Source of the DNA: an uncultured delta proteobacterium
GTDB lineage: Bacteria; Desulfobacterota; Desulfuromonadia; Geobacterales; Pseudopelobacteraceae
Assembly: GCA_963772835.1 (NCBI GenBank)
Contig: CAVYYZ010000006.1
Coordinates: 32,001-96,000 of the forward strand
Reading direction: 5' to 3'
DNA: 64,000 bases
The notes under the pieces were generated by a model. The model worked only from the letters and a program-made list of their open reading frames with translations. It did no database searches and was not told the DNA's origin. The translations under genes were made by a program, and so were the position numbers. How positions within the stretch are numbered: position 1 is the first letter of the stretch; every line of letters begins with the position of its first letter. Below are positions 27,076-37,224 of this stretch, in pieces.

Positions 27076-28248
27076 CTACACCTTCTCAAAAATTCCCGCC
27101 GCACCCATGCCGCCGCCGATACACATGGACACGATGCCGTAGCGGGTATCTGTGCGCTGCATCTCCTGGAGAATGGTGGCGGTCAGTTTTGAACCGGTGC
27201 ACCCCAGCGGATGGCCGAGAGCGATCGCCCCGCCATTTACGTTGACCCGGGCGGGATCAATTCCGAGCTCCTTGACGCAGGCGAGGGATTGTGCCGCAAA
27301 CGCTTCGTTCAGCTCGATCAGACCGATATCCTCCAGAGTCAGGCCGGCCATTTTCAACGCGGCCGGAATGGCGGCCACCGGGCCTATACCCATCAATTCC
27401 GGCGGGACTCCTTTTACGGCAAAGGCCACGAATCGTGCCAATGCCTTTTTGCCGATCTTTTTCAGGTAGTCCTCAGAGACAACCAGCACAGCCGCAGCTC
27501 CATCGGTCATCTGTGAGGTGTTGCCGGCAGTAACCGTTCCGGTTGCCTTGAAAGCCGGTTTCAATTTTGCGAGACCCGCTGCAGTAGTATCACCGCGCAC
27601 ACCGTCATCGGTATCGACCAGGCCTGTGCTCCGCTTCATTTTCCCGTTTACCAGAGTACAGTTCTCCGTTTCGACCGGGATTATTTCAGCCTTGAATTTT
27701 CCCGCTGCGATGGCTGCGGCAGCCTTGGCATGGCTGGACGCGGCAAAAGCATCCTGCTGTTCGCGGGTGATGCCGTACTTATCAGCAACCAGTTCAGCAG
27801 TAATACCCATCGAGGCGAACGCTTCCGGCCAGCTGGCCATCAGTGAAGGATTGGCGCTGTAACGGCCGCCCCCCATCGGAATCATGCTCATGCTCTCGGC
27901 GCCGCCGGCAATGATGCAGTCGGCAAAGCCTGCCATGATCCTCTCCGCTGCAGTGGCGATTGTCTGCAGTCCGGAGGAGCAGAACCGGTTGACCGTCTGT
28001 GCCGGAACTTCGACCGGTACTCCGGCCTTCATGGCCGCAACACGTGCAAAGTTCATCCCCTGCTCCGCTTCGGGGAAGGCACAGCCGATAATTATGTCTT
28101 CGACATCGTGCGGGTCTATACCGGTTCTCTCCAGCAGTCCCTTGATTGCCGCCGCTGCAAGGTCGTCGGGGCGTACATCCTTCAGTTTTCCTTTTTTTGC
28201 ACGGCAGCCGGGAGTGCGGTAGGCGGCCAGAATATATGCATTTCTCAT
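27076..28248 (-). CDS. fadA: Acetyl-CoA C-acyltransferase (thiolase)
   Basis: NRFCSSG, NEAFA, GHPLG, CIGGG. Confidence 0.92.
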   Translation of the reverse strand: MRNAYILAAYRTPGCRAKKGKLKDVRPDDLAAAAIKGLLERTGIDPHDVEDIIIGCAFPEAEQGMNFARVAAMKAGVPVEVPAQTVNRFCSSGLQTIATAAERIMAGFADCIIAGGAESMSMIPMGGGRYSANPSLMASWPEAFASMGITAELVADKYGITREQQDAFAASSHAKAAAAIAAGKFKAEIIPVETENCTLVNGKMKRSTGLVDTDDGVRGDTTAAGLAKLKPAFKATGTVTAGNTSQMTDGAAAVLVVSEDYLKKIGKKALARFVAFAVKGVPPELMGIGPVAAIPAALKMAGLTLEDIGLIELNEAFAAQSLACVKELGIDPARVNVNGGAIALGHPLGCTGSKLTATILQEMQRTDTRYGIVSMCIGGGMGAAGIFEKV

Positions 28249-28296
28249 TGTGTCCTCCGTAATTGTTGTCTGTAATCCTGATAATGCAGCTTTTCA

Positions 28297-28436
28297 CCAC
28301 TAAGGCACTAAGCTCACGAAGAAAACGGGTGTATCGATGGTAATCAATCGTCAGGCAGGAAATTCATACTCTGATTATGTTTGAATCCCGCCCGGATGTT
28401 TCAAAATCTTACTTCGTGTCCTTCGTGCCTTAGTGG
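28297..28436. repeat. REP-like element with 25-bp imperfect terminal inverted repeats
   Basis: CCACTAAGGCACTAAGCTCACGAAG (28297-28321) versus CTTCGTGTCCTTCGTGCCTTAGTGG (28412-28436): 22/25 complementary. Confidence 0.75.
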
Positions 28437-28458
28437 AGAGACAGGTACTGATTCATAT

Positions 28459-30846
28459 TTAATTCCGCAGCGGCTTGCCCTTCTTGAGCATATGCTGGAT
28501 CCGCTCCAGGGTCTTCTTCTGCCCGCAGAGCCGGACAAAAGCCTCCCGCTCCAGGTCCAGCAGGTATTCCTCGGAGATCAGAGTTCCGCCGGGAACATCC
28601 CCGCCGGTGATGACTTCTGCGACCATGCCGGCCAGATACTGGTCATATTCGGAGATATAGCCACCCTGCTGCATATTCCAGAGCTGCGACTTGATGGTGG
28701 CGGCAACGCTCCGCCCGGGCGCCTTCAGGTCGGTCAGCGGCCTGCCGGGACGGTAGTTTGCCGACAGTGAAATCGCCTTCAGTTTAGCGTCATGGATACG
28801 CTTGTCGATGTCCATGGTGATAGCATCCCCCTGGCGCATAAATCCCATCGGTACCAGTTCTGCCGCCGACATACTGACCTTTGCCATGGCAATATTCATG
28901 AAGTTCTTGAAGATGAACGGGGTTGCATCGATATCGTATTCTTCGGCCAGCTTGATGGCGCGAACCGCCATTTCCTTGGTCCCGCCGCCGGCAGGGAGCA
29001 GGCCGACGCCCAGTTCCACCAGGCCCATGTAGGTCTCGGCGTGGGGAATTATCGCATCGGAGTGCAGGCAGGTTTCGCAGCCGCCACCCATGACCAGGTG
29101 GTGAGGAGCCGCCACGACCGGGATTTTGGAGTATTTGATTGCCATCATCGCCTTTTGAAATCCCTTGACCGTCATGGCAATTTCATCATATGCCCCTTCG
29201 GCGACCGCCATAACCAGCAGCATCAGGTTGGCACCGGCCGAAAACATACTCCCCTCGTTGGCGATGACCAGACCGACGCCCTCCTCTTCCGTTCGTTTGA
29301 TAGCCTTATGAACCATGGAGAGGATCTCGCCGCCGATGGCATTCATCTTGGTATGGAATTCAAGACAGAATACGCCGTCACCCAGATCGACCACTGACGC
29401 ACCGCTGTTCTTTTCAAGCACCTTGTTGTTCCTCTTAAGAATTGAGAGGCTGATATGCCCGGGTTTCTGCGGGACTTCACGGTACTCGTTGTGGAGAATG
29501 CTGTAGTAGTAATTGCGTCCGCTCTCGAATTTGTAGAAGCACTCTATATTCTTGAGGCCTTCCGGTACCTGCACGCCGTCTTTTCCGGCCCGTTCCACGA
29601 AGTAGGCTACGCCGATGGCATCCAGCATCTCGAAGGGACCGAGTTCCCAGTTAAAACCCCATTTCATGGCATTGTCTATGTTGACGATGTCGTCGGCAAT
29701 TTCCGGTATCCGGTTGAATGTATAGATCAGCGTGTCCCGCAGGTTGGTCCAGGCAAACTGTGCCGCCTTATCGCTCCCGGTAACAACGGCCTGGAGACGT
29801 TTGGCAGGATCGTCGATCGACTTGGCCGCTTCAATTGAAGCGAATTTAGGGCGCTGCGAAGGAGCATATTCACCGGTGGTATAATCGTAGTAGAAGAATT
29901 CCTGCCCCTTTTCCCCTTTGACCTTCTTGAAGAACCCCTGCCTGCTCTTGTTGCCCAGTAGCCCCTTGGCAACCATTTCACGTATGAAATCAGGGAATTT
30001 GAAGATATCGCGCTGTTCGTCAGCGGTCAGCAGCTCGTAAGAGTTCCCGGCGACATGCTGGAGCGTGTCGATGCCGACCAGGTCGGCGGTGCGGAAAGCG
30101 GCACTTTTGGGACGGGCCGTCGCCGAGCCGGCGACGGCGTCCACTTCCTCAACGGTCATGCCGGTTTCCATCATGGTACGTATGCAGTTACAGATGGCAT
30201 AGACACCGATGCGGTTGGCGATGAAGTTGGGTGTATCCTTGGCGTAGACTATCCCTTTGCCGAGTCGTTTGGAAATAAACCCGGCCATAAACGCCGTCAC
30301 CGCAGGATCGGTATAGGAACAGGAGACTATTTCCAGCAGACGCATATAGCGGGGCGGATTGAAGAAGTGGGTAACCAGGAAATTCTTCCGGATATTTTCC
30401 GGTAGACATTCTGCCATCTCGTTGACGGAGAGGCCGCTGGTGTTGGTGGAGAGGACCGCCCCCTCTTTGAGGTTCGGAACAACTTTTTCGGCGAAAAGTT
30501 TTTTCTTGATGGCCATGTTCTCGATTACAACCTCGACAACCCAGTCGCACTCCTTCAACTTCGGCATGTCGTCGTCGAAGTTGCCGACCTCAATGTTGGC
30601 CGCATAGCCCGGCAGGAAGAACGGTGCCGGTTTCATCTTCATCAGCCCGTCCCGTCCGGCTGTCGCAATACGGTTGCGCACCCTGCTGTCAGCAATAGTC
30701 AGGCCTCCCGCCGCCTCGACATCATTCAGCTCACGAGGTACGATATCGAGCAGAAGCACCTGAATACCGGCATTTGCGAGGTGTGCGGCAATGGTCGCCC
30801 CCATTACTCCCGCCCCCAGAACCGCTACTTTGTTAATCTGTTTCAT
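28459..30846 (-). CDS. 3-hydroxyacyl-CoA dehydrogenase / enoyl-CoA hydratase (FadN-type domain order)
   Basis: GAGVMG, STNTSG, HFFNPPRYM, FIANRIG; C-terminal crotonase domain with GGGCE and VELGVGLLPAGGG; ends KGKPLRN. Confidence 0.92.
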   Translation of the reverse strand: MKQINKVAVLGAGVMGATIAAHLANAGIQVLLLDIVPRELNDVEAAGGLTIADSRVRNRIATAGRDGLMKMKPAPFFLPGYAANIEVGNFDDDMPKLKECDWVVEVVIENMAIKKKLFAEKVVPNLKEGAVLSTNTSGLSVNEMAECLPENIRKNFLVTHFFNPPRYMRLLEIVSCSYTDPAVTAFMAGFISKRLGKGIVYAKDTPNFIANRIGVYAICNCIRTMMETGMTVEEVDAVAGSATARPKSAAFRTADLVGIDTLQHVAGNSYELLTADEQRDIFKFPDFIREMVAKGLLGNKSRQGFFKKVKGEKGQEFFYYDYTTGEYAPSQRPKFASIEAAKSIDDPAKRLQAVVTGSDKAAQFAWTNLRDTLIYTFNRIPEIADDIVNIDNAMKWGFNWELGPFEMLDAIGVAYFVERAGKDGVQVPEGLKNIECFYKFESGRNYYYSILHNEYREVPQKPGHISLSILKRNNKVLEKNSGASVVDLGDGVFCLEFHTKMNAIGGEILSMVHKAIKRTEEEGVGLVIANEGSMFSAGANLMLLVMAVAEGAYDEIAMTVKGFQKAMMAIKYSKIPVVAAPHHLVMGGGCETCLHSDAIIPHAETYMGLVELGVGLLPAGGGTKEMAVRAIKLAEEYDIDATPFIFKNFMNIAMAKVSMSAAELVPMGFMRQGDAITMDIDKRIHDAKLKAISLSANYRPGRPLTDLKAPGRSVAATIKSQLWNMQQGGYISEYDQYLAGMVAEVITGGDVPGGTLISEEYLLDLEREAFVRLCGQKKTLERIQHMLKKGKPLRN

Positions 30847-30885
30847 CTTGTTCCTCCGGTCAGCACTGATTATTGTTCTGCGTTC

Positions 30886-32697
30886 CTAGTTACTGTGATC
30901 ACTGTACAGATCTTCGATTTTGTGTTTGTACTTTTCATAAATAATCTTGCGTCTCAGTTTCAGCGTCGGGGTCAATTCACCACCTTCGATGGAAAAGTCG
31001 TGGGCAAGCAGCACAAACTTCTTGATGGTCTCATACTGGGGAAGACGGCTGTTGATTTCGGAAAGCCTCTGTTCGAACAACCTCTGAACCGGTTCGTGCA
31101 TCACTAGATCATCGAGTTCGTAATAGTGAATGTGTTTTTCCTTGGCAAATTCCAGCAGTCTTTCCAGATTCGGAACAATCAGGGCGGTCAGATACGGTTT
31201 GCGGTCGCCGTACACAAAAGCCGAGGAGACGTATTTATCCATCTTCAATTCGTTTTCGATCGGTTGGGGAGCGATGTTTTTCCCGCCTGCTGTAATAATC
31301 AGTTCTTTCTTGCGGTCGGTAATAAATACGAAGCCGTCTTCGATAAGCCCGATATCTCCGGTCTTGAACCAGCCGTCCTGGACCGCTTCGGCAGTGGCGA
31401 CCGGGTCGTTGTAGTACCCGAGCATGAGCTGCGGACCCTTTACCAGAATTTCGCCGTCCGCCGCTATTTTGAACTCTGTCTTCTCCAGAGCGACCCCGAC
31501 AGATCCAAAGCGAATATGTTCGAAGTTGTTGAAACTGAGGGCCGGGCTTGTCTCGGTAAGCCCATATCCCTCAAAAATCGGGATTCCGATCACCCAGAAA
31601 AATTCATTGATCGTTTTGTCCAGCGGGGCACCACCCGAGCAGAACAATTTCATGTTCCCGCCGAATCTGGCTCTGACCTTGCTGAATACCAGACGATCTG
31701 CCACGCGGTATTTGAGATTGAGCATTGTATTTGGCTGTTTGTCTATATAAGTGGCAGCAACGTATTTTTTGCCGACATCTACCGCCCAGTGAAACAGGGC
31801 TCTTTTTACAGAAGACATCTGGTGGGCATTTTCGAAAATCCGGTGATATATCTTTTCGAACAGGCGGGGAACACAGACCATGACGGTCGGTCGGATCTCC
31901 ATCATATTTTCAGGAACTTTTTCAATGCTGTCGGCAAAAGCCATCAGAGCGCCGTTGCGGATGGTCATGTAGTAACCTGCAGTACGTTCAAGAATGTGAC
32001 TCAAAGGGAGAAAACTCAGCAGGGTATCATTCATGTCGATCGCCCCGCTCTGTTCAGTAAGATACTGAGTGTTGGTCAGAATATTGTTGTGGGAAAGCAT
32101 GACTCCTTTCGGTACACCGGTTGTGCCGGATGTATAGATCAGTGTCAGCATGTCCTCCGGTCCAATCCGGTTGATCCGCTCATCCATTTCCTTCTTCTCT
32201 TCTGCCGTAATGGGAGAATCAATCTCCGAGAGCTGGTAGAATGTTGTGACCGGGAGGCTTGGGTCCCCCAGAAACCGCTCGAATGAAACTACAAGCTCCA
32301 GACCCGGAAGGGCATCTCTCACCTTGAGCAGCTTGGAATATTGGAACTTCCCGGACACAAATACTATCCTGGAGCCCGAGTGATTGATCATGTACTCGAT
32401 CTGTTCGGGAGTATTCGTCGGATAGATAGGAACGGTAGCAGCCCCGGTACAGAGAATCCCCATGTCGGCGATAACCCAGCCGGCTCTGTTTTCGGAGAGA
32501 ATGGCAATCCGGTCACCCGGCTTGACACCCATCTTGCAGAGTCCCCTGGTTACCATCAATGCCCTCTCATAGTAAGCGGCATACGTCAGCGTAACCAAGG
32601 CGCCCTGCTTCCGGTATTTGAGGGCCAACCTGCTGCCGAATTCTGTTGCATTGCTTCTGAGCATATCAGGTATGGAGCGAAATGGTGCGGTGCTCAT
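30886..32697 (-). CDS. fadD: Long-chain fatty acid-CoA ligase
   Basis: YTSGTTGVPKG, GYGLTE, GWFKTGD, DRKKELI.TAGGKNIAP, TPTLKLRR. Confidence 0.92.
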   Translation of the reverse strand: MSTAPFRSIPDMLRSNATEFGSRLALKYRKQGALVTLTYAAYYERALMVTRGLCKMGVKPGDRIAILSENRAGWVIADMGILCTGAATVPIYPTNTPEQIEYMINHSGSRIVFVSGKFQYSKLLKVRDALPGLELVVSFERFLGDPSLPVTTFYQLSEIDSPITAEEKKEMDERINRIGPEDMLTLIYTSGTTGVPKGVMLSHNNILTNTQYLTEQSGAIDMNDTLLSFLPLSHILERTAGYYMTIRNGALMAFADSIEKVPENMMEIRPTVMVCVPRLFEKIYHRIFENAHQMSSVKRALFHWAVDVGKKYVAATYIDKQPNTMLNLKYRVADRLVFSKVRARFGGNMKLFCSGGAPLDKTINEFFWVIGIPIFEGYGLTETSPALSFNNFEHIRFGSVGVALEKTEFKIAADGEILVKGPQLMLGYYNDPVATAEAVQDGWFKTGDIGLIEDGFVFITDRKKELIITAGGKNIAPQPIENELKMDKYVSSAFVYGDRKPYLTALIVPNLERLLEFAKEKHIHYYELDDLVMHEPVQRLFEQRLSEINSRLPQYETIKKFVLLAHDFSIEGGELTPTLKLRRKIIYEKYKHKIEDLYSDHSN

Positions 32698-32728
32698 GTG
32701 GTACCTCCGAGTGATTCACTGTGAGTGT

Positions 32729-32762
32729 AAGCTACATATACTTGACGTTCATGTCAAGTATA
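32729..32762 (-). promoter_or_regulatory. Sigma-70 promoter of the beta-oxidation operon overlapped by a palindromic operator
   Basis: Minus strand TTGACA (32757-32752), 17 bp, TAGCTT (32734-32729). Palindrome TATACTTGAC-N6-GTCAAGTATA at 32737-32762. Confidence 0.75.
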
Positions 32763-33079
32763 ATTTTATTCTATTTTCGTTATTGATTGTGAATGTAATA
32801 TATTCATACCACCTTTCTTTCAAATCGCAATAACAGCCGGACTATCCGGTTTTATCCCGTTGAGTTTGATGTTTTTCCATAATAATGTGAGAAATAGTAC
32901 GTGAAATCCGATTCAATTATCCCGCCAGTTGTCATAATTAATTACGGGTTATTTATTCATAACCGCCCGATAACAGATAGTAATCATGAAATAGTGTATA
33001 TGTTTTTCTTATCTGATCTGTAAATTGAGCCCGTAGATGTCACGTAAAAATTATTTTATACAAGCAGTGCATTTTTATT

Positions 33080-33109
33080 CTTGACATGCGTGTTAAGGTG
33101 GCATAGCTT
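33080..33109 (+). promoter_or_regulatory. Sigma-70 promoter of the RHH-fadL-lipase operon with a copy of the same operator
   Basis: TTGACA (33081-86), 17 bp, TAGCTT (33104-09). Operator CTTGACATGCGTGTTAAG at 33080-33097. Confidence 0.72.
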
Positions 33110-33163
33110 GTCGAAAAATACCGTTCTAAAATTAAAATCTATGGCAGGATTACCACAATACCC

Positions 33164-33346
33164 ATGAAACAAAGAACAGGGACTCTTCGTAACCACATAC
33201 TATCAATGCGAGTAAACGCCGATGAATGGGGGGTGATCCATAGTTGCGCACAACGGAGAGGCGCACGCGTGTCAGAGGTCATGAGGGATGCATTGCGGAT
33301 GTACATGCAGCGAAGTGTCGATCACACATACGGAAAGGAGTTCTGA
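33164..33346 (+). CDS. Small ribbon-helix-helix protein (CopG/HgtR-like)
   Basis: 60 aa: RNHILSMRVNADE...RVSEVMRDALR fits a beta-strand-helix-helix pattern. Its stop codon lies 1 bp before the fadL ATG. Confidence 0.65.
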   Translation: MKQRTGTLRNHILSMRVNADEWGVIHSCAQRRGARVSEVMRDALRMYMQRSVDHTYGKEF

Positions 33347-33347
33347 A

Positions 33348-34661
33348 ATGAAAAACAAACTGGTTCTAGCATGTATTCTGGCGTCTCTGACTGGGACAAT
33401 TTCCCCGGCTATGGCGGCAGGGTTGAAAGTGAATGAGCAGGGAGCAAAGGCAATGTCAATGGGTAATGCCTTTATCGCACAGGCTGATGACCCCTCCGCG
33501 CTCTTCTACAACCCCGCCGGGATTTCGTTCCTTAAGGGGACCCAATTCAGTCTTGGCTCTACCATTATATATGTCCCTTCTACCGAGTTTAACGGTACGA
33601 CTCCACTTAGTGGTGCCGGCGGCACAACATCGGTATCAGAGAATGCCAAAAACGACATCTTCATCGCACCGGCTCTGTATGTAACCCATTCTTTTGAGAG
33701 TATGCCGGTCTCCGTGGGTTTTGCGATAAACGCCATTTATCCCCTTGCCAAAAGCTGGGATGACAGCAGCGCTTTCCGCAACCAGGTTATGAACATTGCA
33801 GTCAAGCCGATAAACTTCCAACCTACCGTGGCGTATCGTTTTGATGAATGGAACCTCGGGGTCGCTTTGGGACTTGATGTTACCCATGCCATTGTCAGCA
33901 TGCAGACAGCGCCTAATAGCGGCGGATATGAGTTGGGTCTCATGGGGCTTGACGGAACCGCTACCGATGTCGGCTGGAACGGCGGCCTGCTGTGGAAGCC
34001 GCTGCCAAACGCTTCCTTTGGTGCTGCATACCGGAGCGAGATCACTCTCAATATTTCCGGTAATGCCAACTTCCTTGCGACGACTCCCGCAGGTTTTGAC
34101 ATAATCGGTATGACAACCAGCATGACTTCACCCTATTCCCGCACCCGTGCACTTTCTACCGTTACAACCGATATTATTCTTCCTGCCAGCATTGGTCTTG
34201 GCGCGGCCTGGAAGCCAATTGAAAAGCTTACTCTTGAATTTGACGCCGAACAGACCCGCTGGAGCTCCATGAAAAATCTGGAATTCAAATTTGACAGCAC
34301 ACAGTTTACCAATTTTAATAACAAGTCAAAAACGCTCGATTGGAAAGATGTCTGGTGCTACAAAATCGGCGGACAGTACGCGCTGACTAAAAACCTGGAT
34401 CTCCGTGCCGGATACATGTTCGACAAAAACCCTATTCCTGATTCCACCCTCGGTCCATTACTTCCCGACGCCGACCGCCACAGTTTCAGTATTGGCCAGG
34501 GTATTCACAACGACCATTTTTCTGTTGATCTTGCCTATATGTGGACCCACTTTGTGGACAGAAAGGTAAATAACCAGAACCTGTCGGATCTTCTCGGGGA
34601 GAACGGTACTTTCAAGAGTGACGTGCACCTTTTCGGCGCCTCAGTCACCGTAAAGTTTTAA
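33348..34661 (+). CDS. fadL: Outer-membrane long-chain fatty acid channel (FadL/OmpP1/TodX family)
   Basis: RBS AAGGAG; signal peptide; A.SMGNAF.AQADDPSALFYNPAG; LPDADR; C-terminal Phe. Confidence 0.9.
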   Translation: MKNKLVLACILASLTGTISPAMAAGLKVNEQGAKAMSMGNAFIAQADDPSALFYNPAGISFLKGTQFSLGSTIIYVPSTEFNGTTPLSGAGGTTSVSENAKNDIFIAPALYVTHSFESMPVSVGFAINAIYPLAKSWDDSSAFRNQVMNIAVKPINFQPTVAYRFDEWNLGVALGLDVTHAIVSMQTAPNSGGYELGLMGLDGTATDVGWNGGLLWKPLPNASFGAAYRSEITLNISGNANFLATTPAGFDIIGMTTSMTSPYSRTRALSTVTTDIILPASIGLGAAWKPIEKLTLEFDAEQTRWSSMKNLEFKFDSTQFTNFNNKSKTLDWKDVWCYKIGGQYALTKNLDLRAGYMFDKNPIPDSTLGPLLPDADRHSFSIGQGIHNDHFSVDLAYMWTHFVDRKVNNQNLSDLLGENGTFKSDVHLFGASVTVKF

Positions 34662-34759
34662 CCGGTTGTCCCTTGAACGTCCGTATGCAGGCTGAAAATC
34701 AAAGCGTCGGCACAACGGCTCACAGACCATATTAACTATACAACGAGAGAGGTAATGCC

Positions 34760-37144
34760 ATGAATGCACGTATTATGCGACTTCTGTTATATTTCAGCTT
34801 CATACTCGCTGCAGGCTGCTCTGCCCCGGATCCGTCAGGAACCAATACTCCCAATACTGTCGGCGTCGGTAACTCGGTAATATTCGACCCTAAAACAGGG
34901 GAGATACCGCTGCCGAATGTTCTGGCTACGGCAACCGCTAAGAATCCACTGACCCAGTATAAAGATGCGACAGGGAACTACGTTGCCCGGCCGGCCAACA
35001 CCCCGATGACTCCGCCGGAGGCCCTTGCATATATCAACACCTATGAAATGGGCTCCACTGGTGCCGTGTCCGGCGTGAACGCACCTGTTTACATCAGGTT
35101 TTCAAGCCCTGTAAGTGCTGCGACAGTCACTGCCGCCAATGTCAAAGTGTTTCAGTTGACGCCTGATACTACCAGCAGCTCAAGTTATGAAAACAGTCCG
35201 CTTGGTTTCACCGATATCTCAGGAATGTTTGACTTCAAGTATACCGCCGGAAGTACGGACCTGTTCCTCTTTCCCAAATTCCCTCTCTCCCCGGCAACAC
35301 GCTATATGTATGTCGTGACCAACAGAGTGCTGGATGCCGCTGCAGGCACGCCGGTCGTCAGCTCGTACTATTTCAATTTCCTCAAATCAAAATTCGAGCT
35401 CGTCGGTCCATTCGCTGCACTGGAACCGATCCGCGCCAATGTTATGAGCGGAGCAAACATCAAATTATCCGGTTATACCAAGGTTATGGATGATCTTATT
35501 TCGGCCTCCGCAACCACATCAATTACCAGTCGCGACACGATCTCTCTTATGGGTCGGTTTATCACTACCGGAGCAGGCTTTGTCCCGACCGATGCCACTA
35601 ATGCCGCCAGCATGATACCGGTAGAAAGTGCACTGCGCGCTTTTGCAGCGGGCGGCGGCCTTGGCGGACTTCCCGGTAAGACATGGACAAACGCCGTCAA
35701 TGGGACCACAACGTACCCCGGAGCAGCCTACTGGGCGGGTGCCGGCGCTCCGGGAAGCGCTCCGGCCAGTCTCCTCAGTGTAGTGACCGGTACAATCAAC
35801 AGCGCCGACCTCTCGCTTGATCCGGTTGTGGTAAAAGCCAATACCGCGACAGGAATTGACCAGAGCGCAACTACCGGTGCATATAATCCGGCCGCGGGAG
35901 TTGTGCAGACATTCCGGAGCGGGGCAAATCTGACCGGTTTCTACCATGCCACCCGTGCGGTACCGTTTATCTATCTCGTCCCGGCCGTAGCGAACGGCAA
36001 GACTATAATTTTTCAGCATGGCATTACCGGCCAGAAAGAACAGGTGTTGGGAGTAGCCGGGGCGCTCACTGGAGCAGGATACGCAGTTATCGCCATTGAT
36101 TTGCCACTCCATGGTGCCCTGGCAGTTCCCACGCACACCACCGGCCCGGTCTGGGGACAGGATTTCATGGCAATCGGTGCTCCGCTTGCTACCCGCTCCA
36201 ACATTCAGCAGGGTGCATTTAACCTCAACCGGCTCGAGCTGACCCTGAAATACGGAGATGCAACTCTTGCTGCAGCAGGTATTGTTACACCTACTGAAAT
36301 TAAATATGTCGGTCTCAGCCTCGGTTCCATCGTAGGCGCGTACTATCTGGCAGGTAATACTGCTAATGGTGCATTCCCCACTGCCACAGACATGAAAGGT
36401 TTCCTCAGTGTTCCCGGCGGGAGAACCGCCTATCTGATTCAGAACAGCCCTGCCTTTGGTCCGAGTGTTAATGCCGGGCTCACGGCCAAAGGCGTTGTGA
36501 CCAATTCTCCCACCTATCACAACTTCTTCCAGGTGACTCAGTCCGTAGTCGATTCGGTTGACCCCGCAACTATGACCACGCCATTGGGCAGCACCCTGGC
36601 GTCCCGTCTTTCAGGGCGTATTGCCATTCAGGAGGCCACCAGTACAACATTCGACGCTTCCGGTAATCCAACTAATGGCGATCTTGTCATCACCAATGTG
36701 TATACCCGCTACTTCGGTAATGCACTGGGAGGACGAGAAGTACTCGGTTCGGCCGCCAACCTTGTCGCGCCGAATTTCAAACAACTGGGTTATCGCGGCG
36801 GGGTTACGGCGCGGATTCCTTCTTCTTTCATGTATACCCTGACCGGCGGTGTTCCAACCGCCAAGGCAGACTTTGCAGCACAGAACGGTTCCGGTGCAGC
36901 CACACCGGCGGAAGGCTACTTCCAGTTTGATCAAACTGGCATTACCCACGGCTTCCTGCTCGACCCGACCGCTTCTTTGACCAACACCGGCTATGCCCAG
37001 TCGCAGATGGTTCAGTTCCTGCTCTACGGAGGGATTGTTGATTCTACTCCATCCGGTGTGGCAAAACAGATATCTGCGGTTGATATTCCTGCAATACGGT
37101 ATGATGTCCGTTTGCCGCCTGTACTGGATATTCTGGGATACTGA
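34760..37144 (+). CDS. Secreted lipoprotein lipase/phospholipase (Pla-1/cef-like)
   Basis: Lipobox AAGC; IPLPN N-domain; IFQHGITG.KE, AIDLPLHG, GLSLG nucleophile elbow, DSVDP, GDLVI, HGFLL. Confidence 0.8.
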   Translation: MNARIMRLLLYFSFILAAGCSAPDPSGTNTPNTVGVGNSVIFDPKTGEIPLPNVLATATAKNPLTQYKDATGNYVARPANTPMTPPEALAYINTYEMGSTGAVSGVNAPVYIRFSSPVSAATVTAANVKVFQLTPDTTSSSSYENSPLGFTDISGMFDFKYTAGSTDLFLFPKFPLSPATRYMYVVTNRVLDAAAGTPVVSSYYFNFLKSKFELVGPFAALEPIRANVMSGANIKLSGYTKVMDDLISASATTSITSRDTISLMGRFITTGAGFVPTDATNAASMIPVESALRAFAAGGGLGGLPGKTWTNAVNGTTTYPGAAYWAGAGAPGSAPASLLSVVTGTINSADLSLDPVVVKANTATGIDQSATTGAYNPAAGVVQTFRSGANLTGFYHATRAVPFIYLVPAVANGKTIIFQHGITGQKEQVLGVAGALTGAGYAVIAIDLPLHGALAVPTHTTGPVWGQDFMAIGAPLATRSNIQQGAFNLNRLELTLKYGDATLAAAGIVTPTEIKYVGLSLGSIVGAYYLAGNTANGAFPTATDMKGFLSVPGGRTAYLIQNSPAFGPSVNAGLTAKGVVTNSPTYHNFFQVTQSVVDSVDPATMTTPLGSTLASRLSGRIAIQEATSTTFDASGNPTNGDLVITNVYTRYFGNALGGREVLGSAANLVAPNFKQLGYRGGVTARIPSSFMYTLTGGVPTAKADFAAQNGSGAATPAEGYFQFDQTGITHGFLLDPTASLTNTGYAQSQMVQFLLYGGIVDSTPSGVAKQISAVDIPAIRYDVRLPPVLDILGY

Positions 37145-37168
37145 CAAGATGTATCATGTGTGTGTAAC

Positions 37169-37200
37169 ACTGAAGGCGGAGCTAACGCTCCGCCTTCAGT
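37169..37200 (+). terminator. 14-bp hairpin (terminator or mRNA-stabilising stem)
   Basis: ACTGAAGGCGGAGC-taac-GCTCCGCCTTCAGT followed by an AT-rich stretch. Confidence 0.6.
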
Positions 37201-37224
37201 AATTTAAATTCGAGGAGAAACCTG

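Noticed and set aside
26863..27192. Small plus-strand ORFs in the AT-rich gap (possible toxin peptide)
   Set aside because: They overlap the thiolase 3' end antisense and show no recognisable family motif. The hairpin explains the region, although a peptide is not strictly excluded.
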